A stretch of 64,000 nt of DNA from an uncultured cyanobacterium (GTDB lineage Bacteria > Cyanobacteriota > Cyanobacteriia > Cyanobacteriales > Nostocaceae), in contig OY970166.1 of NCBI GenBank assembly GCA_963706595.1, positions 2,016,001 through 2,080,000 of the forward strand. The letters run 5' to 3'. The position numbers and the translations under genes were made by a program. Positions 63,351 through 64,000 of this stretch are shown here, piece by piece (within the stretch, counting starts at the first letter, position 1; each line of letters starts with the position of its first letter). Below the pieces are notes generated by a model. The model made no database searches, was not told the origin of the DNA, and saw only the letters and a program-made list of their open reading frames with translations.

Positions 63351-64000
63351 GCCCCTGGCGATGGGTATTTTAATGATGAACTCAGTTCCTTGCCCAAATG
63401 TAGATACACACTGTAGTTGTCCCCCATGTTTTTCCACTACAATTTGATAACTGATAGATAGTCCCAATCCAGTGCCTTTACCGACGGGTTTAGTCGTGAA
63501 AAATGGGTCAAATAATCGCTGTTTTACATTCTCTGGTATGCCAGTTCCATTATCACTAATGTGAATTTCTATGCATTTTTTGTTAATGATTTGAGTGGAA
63601 ATTTTAATAACTGGATTCTTCTTTTCTTTGCTCTTAACCAGTAATTCTTCTAAAGCATCTATAGCATTAGTCAAGATATTCATAAATACCTGATTGAGTA
63701 GACCAGGGTAGCATTCCACTAAAGGAAGTGTTCCGTATTCCTTAACCAGGGTAATACTTTCACTGATTTTGTGATTTTTCAGGCGACTTTGTAAAATTAG
63801 CAGGGTACTATCAATCCCTTCATGAAGATCAACTGTTTTTTTCTTAGCTTCATCAAGGCGAGAGAAATTTTTTAAAGACCGCACTATCTGCTCAATACGA
63901 ACGCAGCCAATTTCCATAGAATTCAGAAGTTTAGGAAGGTCTGCTGTTAAAAAATCCAGGTCAATTTTACTAGCCTCAGTTTGAATTTCTGCCACTGGAT
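63348..64000 (-). CDS. sensor histidine kinase, C-terminal HATPase part (5' end outside the window)
   Basis: NQVFMNILTNAIDA (N box), DNGTG (G1), FDPFFTTK (F) and GTGLGL (G2). Confidence 0.93.
   Translation of the reverse strand, partial: PVAEIQTEASKIDLDFLTADLPKLLNSMEIGCVRIEQIVRSLKNFSRLDEAKKKTVDLHEGIDSTLLILQSRLKNHKISESITLVKEYGTLPLVECYPGLLNQVFMNILTNAIDALEELLVKSKEKKNPVIKISTQIINKKCIEIHISDNGTGIPENVKQRLFDPFFTTKPVGKGTGLGLSISYQIVVEKHGGQLQCVSTFGQGTEFIIKIPIARG

Noticed and set aside
63197..63427. 76-aa ORF with KSKVKSQKSK
   Set aside because: Read through a MITE and a TTTTGAC heptamer tract

Overview
Chromosomal window from a filamentous cyanobacterium, probably Nostocales: HIP1 GCGATCGC octamers are frequent, heptamer STRR tracts occur throughout, and there are many REP/MITE elements. 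Most of it is housekeeping or metabolic genes (cysE, hrcA, crtW, aroC, proA, proB, leuCD, mazG, ruvX, ubiA-type prenyltransferase, ppx, a BMP-type ABC importer and a PadR-RND efflux module) plus tRNA-Val(TAC) and tRNA-Ser(CGA). Accessory content includes an orphan CRISPR array (13 repeats, 12 spacers, no cas genes in the window), a probably intact IS630 element inside a tandem train of its own ~105-bp MITEs, a partly decayed helicase-nuclease gene, an AAA/DUF4276 pair, an Apea-like HEPN gene replacing part of mazF, and several toxin-antitoxin relics. The strongest candidate for an undescribed system is a co-oriented cluster of five small signal-peptide proteins at 57290-59983. Its first gene encodes an Asn/Gln-rich protein with two curlin-like repeats, which suggests a cyanobacterial functional-amyloid or extracellular-fibre locus. 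All family assignments come from motif recognition by eye; no database searches were run.
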